Shown: one piece after another, positions 59,890-64,000 of the stretch
How positions within the stretch are numbered: position 1 is the stretch's first letter
How the letters are laid out: each line of letters starts with the position of its first letter
Virus record (IMG/VR): IMGVR_UViG_3300035208_003016
Source of the DNA: an uncultured virus (IMG/VR IMGVR_UViG_3300035208_003016)
Taxonomy: Duplodnaviria; Heunggongvirae; Uroviricota; Caudoviricetes
DNA length: 64,000 nt
Reading direction: 5' to 3' (one strand)
Made by a program: the position numbers and the translations under genes
Notes under the pieces: generated by a model
The model's input: only the letters and a program-made list of their open reading frames with translations
Databases searched by the model: none
What the model was told of the DNA's origin: nothing

Positions 59890-60824
59890 AAAATTTCTCT
59901 TTTAAAGGTGTTTTTTAGATCGTAACAAATTGAACTTGCCTTACATTTATTTCTATTAAAATCTATTTCTAAATCATTCCAAGATGGATTATCTAAATTA
60001 CATACAACTATATCTTCTTTAGCACTAGATGCATATTTTCTAAGTTCTTCTGATCCTAAAGATATCTTATCGTAATACCATTTTACTTTGTCTTCTAGAC
60101 TCCCTATAAGCTCGTTAGAGCCAGAATGAAGACCACCCACACCAACGTGCATAGATCGAGTTTGATCTGGTTTTAAAGCATATAAACCATGTTTTAACAT
60201 ACATCGTTCAGTGAAACCATCTCCGTGAATATGTTCGTTATAAGGTATTCGTATATTATTAAAATGTTTATTATAAAAAGCCACTGGATTATTATATAAT
60301 TCATCTGTAAGATATGGTAATATATAATTTTTAACTACTTTTACACTTATACATGAAGGACTACAACATTGACTATCTCCTATAAGTTGAGATATATCTC
60401 CAGATGTTTCTATCTCAGGTCTTCGTTTATGACTAACGCAAAATAATTTATTATATCTAGATAAAAACTTTTCATAACAAATTCGATTAAATCTAAGATA
60501 ATCTTGGGTTGGGGTCATATCTTCCTCGGCAGGAAGTATATATTCTTCTGATTCTTCTGCTGCTATACGATAGCTATCTAGAATATTATAAAATCCTGGT
60601 AAAGGACATTTATTTTTATCTTCTAAAGTACGTGTAGTAATTTTAATATGTTTATGGTATTTTCTAAACCAATGAATTACTTTATATATATCTGTGTTAA
60701 AGCAGTAATCTAGAAAGAAATGAACTCTAATATTTTCTAGTTCTTTTGGTTCTTTAAGTAACTGTTCCAGATATAGATATACTAGTTCTGGCCTTTGGTA
60801 TATTGCTATCGCAAGTGTGTTCAT
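59880..60824 (-). CDS. GT-A fold glycosyltransferase
   Basis: AIYQRPELV, FFLD, AEEDMTPTQDYL, RSMHVG. Confidence 0.7.
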   Translation of the reverse strand: MNTLAIAIYQRPELVYLYLEQLLKEPKELENIRVHFFLDYCFNTDIYKVIHWFRKYHKHIKITTRTLEDKNKCPLPGFYNILDSYRIAAEESEEYILPAEEDMTPTQDYLRFNRICYEKFLSRYNKLFCVSHKRRPEIETSGDISQLIGDSQCCSPSCISVKVVKNYILPYLTDELYNNPVAFYNKHFNNIRIPYNEHIHGDGFTERCMLKHGLYALKPDQTRSMHVGVGGLHSGSNELIGSLEDKVKWYYDKISLGSEELRKYASSAKEDIVVCNLDNPSWNDLEIDFNRNKCKASSICYDLKNTFKREILCL

Positions 60825-60951
60825 AAGATCCTTTAAATAAAAGACGTTTTTAAATGACCGTAGAAGAACGCCAAAACTTCCCTATAGTTACTCATGCATA
60901 TTTTACTATATACACCATTTGAGCATTGTTAAGAGGCTTGTGTGGTCAATT

Positions 60952-61104
60952 TCATTCCCATGTTTCTTTATATGTAAATTGTACAGTTTTAATACTTTTT
61001 ATTATTTTATCTAATTTTTCTAAGGTATAATTCCATTCAAGAGTATCTTTATTATAACTAAGTATATCATTATATAGATTTTCTAGATCAGTTTTAATAT
61101 TCAA
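60952..61104 (-). CDS. 50-aa hypothetical protein
   Basis: TTG start after AAGGT; manual translation LNIKTDLENLYNDIL... Confidence 0.35.
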   Translation of the reverse strand: MNIKTDLENLYNDILSYNKDTLEWNYTLEKLDKIIKSIKTVQFTYKETWE

Positions 61105-61112
61105 TTATACCT

Positions 61113-61409
61113 TCAATCTTCTAGTATAAAACCACAATCCATACATATTATACTTGATGGTTTATATACGTCATTATGATAATCATAATCTTCAAGTTTT
61201 TCTGTATTTTTATGTTCACATGTTAATTGTTTTATTAAACGTTTTATATTATCTTGTTCGTCTTTAATATTATCATTTAATTCTTCATATATTCCATATT
61301 TAAATTTTTTAAGATCTTTAATATATTGTTTTGTAAGTTCAATAAATTTTAATTTTTTATTTATTTCTTTTTGAGTTTGTTTAATATTTACTTTATTCAT
61401 ATAATCCAT
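61113..61409 (-). CDS. Coiled-coil protein with C-terminal zinc ribbon
   Basis: CEHK...CMDCG. Confidence 0.5.
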   Translation of the reverse strand: MDYMNKVNIKQTQKEINKKLKFIELTKQYIKDLKKFKYGIYEELNDNIKDEQDNIKRLIKQLTCEHKNTEKLEDYDYHNDVYKPSSIICMDCGFILED

Positions 61410-62101
61410 CCTTTATTAACCCAAAATTGATTAATAAGTTTTCTATCTGATAGATGTTTCTCTGGACCAAGTGATGTAGATAAACGCCCAGGCATTGCTC
61501 CCAAGTGCTGCATTTGCGAGCCCCAAGTATCTGGTTCTGATATTAATTGTTTAGGTACATAACATTTAGTACCAAAAGCCAATTGTGTTGATGCGGCTAA
61601 AGTGCTATCTTCACCATTGAATTGATTTAATTCTGGAGTTTTGAATAGTTCGATTATATGTTTTCTTTTTACAAACCATGCATGGCCAACTAGACTCACA
61701 CATCTTATCTGATCATTACCTTTTTCATAAGCTTCAATGTCATATAAAGTATCTGGATGTAATTTAATACCTCGGTAACCAATTATACTTTCATCTCCAA
61801 CTTGGTCTATAGTATTATAACAATTTTCTATCCAACGACATCCAGGTATTGTATCATCATCTAGAACTAGAACTCTATCGTAATTATATAAAAGTCCAGC
61901 ACTGAATCTAGCATATACTCCTAAATTTGGACATTCAATTATATTATATTTATGATAGTTTAATCTATTAAAATTAGAAGATTGATTCCATATTACTATT
62001 TGAGATGGAGGTATAGTTTGGTTTTCTAGAGATTTAACTAGTTTCTCTAACCACGCCGTACCTTTATATAAACCAATTATTGCTAAATATTCTTTATTCA
62101 T
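61397..62101 (-). CDS. GT2-like glycosyltransferase
   Basis: SLENQTIPP, VLVLDDDTIPG, GED. Confidence 0.8.
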   Translation of the reverse strand: MNKEYLAIIGLYKGTAWLEKLVKSLENQTIPPSQIVIWNQSSNFNRLNYHKYNIIECPNLGVYARFSAGLLYNYDRVLVLDDDTIPGCRWIENCYNTIDQVGDESIIGYRGIKLHPDTLYDIEAYEKGNDQIRCVSLVGHAWFVKRKHIIELFKTPELNQFNGEDSTLAASTQLAFGTKCYVPKQLISEPDTWGSQMQHLGAMPGRLSTSLGPEKHLSDRKLINQFWVNKGWII

Positions 62102-62255
62102 CTTTATGTTTTTCTCTAATTATTGTATCTCTACATGTACGACAATATGGTTTTGCTTCATAAAAATAAGCATCTCTATATTTAATAGATATCTTATTTT
62201 CACAAGTTGTACAATATGTAAAATAATCTTTGAATTTAATAACTGTAGTTTTCAC
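62094..62255 (-). CDS. 53-aa zinc-finger protein
   Basis: GTG start; manual translation contains CTTC...YCRTC. Confidence 0.45.
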   Translation of the reverse strand: MKTTVIKFKDYFTYCTTCENKISIKYRDAYFYEAKPYCRTCRDTIIREKHKDE

Positions 62256-62408
62256 TATGTATTTTATACCATTTCATTGAAAGATCATGTATGTTATTTA
62301 ATAAGTTATTTATAATTTCTTCATCTTTAGTTGGATAATTTATATAATCAAAATCTTTAATAGCTTGTAATGTTTCTAGAATATCATTTAATTTATTTTT
62401 ATTATATT

Positions 62409-62741
62409 TCATAAGTTATATATTGATATATTTAGTTTTTCATGCATTAATTTTTTATATTCTTCATAATATTTATCTGATTCAATATTAAGATACTCTA
62501 TTGTAGTATCTTTAGCAAGATGTAATTCTTTTAATGGTTTAACCGTTCCATGTGGAGGTCCTAGATCCCAATGATCCTCATAATCTATAAAATTCGTAGT
62601 AAATTTATGTCTACTTATAATAAACCAGAATTTTTTAGCATCAAAAATTCCTATATGAGCATTTCTAGCTGAGATTATATATAAATATCCATCTTTGCAA
62701 TCTTCTAGTTTAATATAATTTTTAATATTTTTAGTTGCCAT
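62409..62741 (-). CDS. Hypothetical protein
   Basis: Operon context; YEDHWDLGPPHGTVKP. Confidence 0.5.
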   Translation of the reverse strand: MATKNIKNYIKLEDCKDGYLYIISARNAHIGIFDAKKFWFIISRHKFTTNFIDYEDHWDLGPPHGTVKPLKELHLAKDTTIEYLNIESDKYYEEYKKLMHEKLNISIYNL

Positions 62742-62743
62742 AA

Positions 62744-62911
62744 TTATTCTTCTTTCAAATCTAATTTTTCACCACACCAAGGACAATATTTCCACATAGA
62801 TGAATTATATTTTGGTGCTGCTATATGACATGAACAATAAATTATAATATCAGTTATTTGTTTATCACCAATTTTAAATTCTTCACAATCACATTTGTAT
62901 TTATATGCCAT
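62744..62911 (-). CDS. 55-aa zinc-ribbon protein
   Basis: Manual translation MAYKYKCDCEEF...YCPWCGEKL. Confidence 0.55.
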   Translation of the reverse strand: MAYKYKCDCEEFKIGDKQITDIIIYCSCHIAAPKYNSSMWKYCPWCGEKLDLKEE

Positions 62912-62931
62912 AATATTTCTTTCTAAGTATA

Positions 62932-63016
62932 AGCTGGTAGAGAGATTTGAACTCCCGATTGTATTTCTACGATGGATTACAGATCCATTGCACTAGACCA
63001 ACTATGCGATACCAGC
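62932..63016 (-). tRNA. tRNA with UGU anticodon (Thr), long variable arm and C33
   Basis: GCTGGTA-TC-GCATAGTTGGTCTAGTGC-A-ATGGA TCTGTAA TCCAT-C GTA GAAA TAC AATC-GGGAG TTCAAAT CTCTC-TACCAGC-T. Confidence 0.8.
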
Positions 63017-63017
63017 A

Positions 63018-63311
63018 TTATTTACGTGTATCAATAAATTTAAATTCAAAATCTTTATTTCTATCATTAAGAAGTTCTTGTATTAAATTTTCTTCTCTTA
63101 AGAAACTATTTAATATTTTATAACAAGAATTATATTCATGGTTAATATTATAATATCTTATATAAATTCTATTAAATTCTGGTAATTTGTATTTTTTTAA
63201 AAACGATTGAAACATTTTATCATCAAAAATATTAATACTTTGTTTTCTACATATAATAGTTGTACAGTTATTTAATTTAGGTTCACAATAATATATTAAA
63301 TAATCATTCAT
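63018..63311 (-). CDS. Hypothetical protein
   Basis: ORF in the - operon. Confidence 0.4.
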   Translation of the reverse strand: MNDYLIYYCEPKLNNCTTIICRKQSINIFDDKMFQSFLKKYKLPEFNRIYIRYYNINHEYNSCYKILNSFLREENLIQELLNDRNKDFEFKFIDTRK

Positions 63312-63446
63312 ATTTATAATTCATCAATTCATTAATTGTATTAATTGAATTTATCATTCCATTTTCAGGATCAAAATCTAGTATTATTTTATCTAATAAT
63401 ATTTTTGCTTTTTTAAGTTTTTCGAATTCTTCTATTGAAATATCAA

Positions 63447-64000
63447 TCATATATATCCTTTGAATAAATTAATAGCATTTGGTATTATTTCATCTTTAAA
63501 TTTATCTATAAGTTCAATTCCAGATAGTTGAAACCAAGGTTCATGATAAGCGCCACTATTTTGATTAGTAGTAACATTTATATCTAACATTTTGGCTTCT
63601 ATAAGTAATCTACTACATGTCTCAGGTATATCTGGGAAAAATATAAAATGTTTAAATTTAGCTAATGTTTTCCAAAAGTTTTCTTTAACGTTTATTCTAG
63701 GTATTGGAAAATAAGGTAATTTATTATCTAGACAATATCTAAGTGAACCTTGCTTATTTTTTATATTTTGACCCTGTCTTAAAGTCATTCCATTAGATAA
63801 TGTTATAAACTCAGCATCGTTGAAAAATGCATATTTATCTATTTTAAGCGTATTTAATCTTATAGAATTTATAAGTTCAAGATCTTCATGTAAATATAAA
63901 CTTCCATGTATATTAGTAGTATTAGTTATGTTATTTTTATTAAGTTGATCTTCATGCCATTGTGTCTGACATATTACTACTTTAGCATTATTATAAAATG
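63447..64000 (-). CDS. GT-B glycosyltransferase, 5'-truncated by the window edge
   Basis: Frame stays open to 64000; FFPDIPETCSRLLIEAKML (E-x7-E) motif. Confidence 0.7.
   Translation of the reverse strand, partial: FYNNAKVVICQTQWHEDQLNKNNITNTTNIHGSLYLHEDLELINSIRLNTLKIDKYAFFNDAEFITLSNGMTLRQGQNIKNKQGSLRYCLDNKLPYFPIPRINVKENFWKTLAKFKHFIFFPDIPETCSRLLIEAKMLDINVTTNQNSGAYHEPWFQLSGIELIDKFKDEIIPNAINLFKGYI

Noticed and set aside
62235..62411. TGA read-through extending 62409..62741 (frame stays open about 57 codons)
   Set aside because: A single case, TGA is a real stop elsewhere, and a separate small gene with a non-ATG start explains it equally well.
62960..62990. Calling the third tRNA Tyr(GUA)
   Set aside because: The anticodon stem only pairs as ATGGA/TCCAT, which centres UGU in a 7-nt loop; the GUA register breaks the stem.
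1..64000. Stop-codon reassignment (common in jumbo phages)
   Set aside because: Long ORFs tile both operons under code 11, and TAA, TAG and TGA all end genes at coupled junctions.

Overview
A 64-kb, very AT-rich (about 23-25% GC by eye) segment of a large contractile-tailed (myovirus-like, probably jumbo) phage that uses the standard genetic code. Positions 1-48419 (+) form a tightly coupled virion operon: baseplate hub, spike, gp25-like and J-like wedge proteins, fibres and many large virion proteins. An island sits inside this operon at about 14.7-29.5 kb. It holds a class-3 lipase with a holin-like protein, a glycosyl/methyltransferase cluster, two paralogous signal-peptide beta-helix proteins sharing a near-identical C-terminal cassette, and a 1660-aa serine-rich-repeat (mucin/SRRP-like) protein. 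Positions 48405-64000 (-) carry a ClpP-like protease, GroES, a second larger glycan cluster (WecB, GT-A/GT-B/GT-D transferases, two FkbM methyltransferases, DegT aminotransferase, GNAT, radical SAM), many small Cys-rich or membrane ORFs and three structurally atypical tRNAs. The best candidate for an undescribed system is a phage-encoded virion glycan coat: Ser-Gly dipeptides are strongly and selectively enriched in a subset of virion proteins (a candidate O-glycosylation sequon), alongside the SRRP-like protein and about 10 glycosyltransferase-like genes. Secondary signals are long-variable-arm and C33 tRNAs and over-representation of TCTAGA. All assignments come from motif recognition by eye; no database searches were run.
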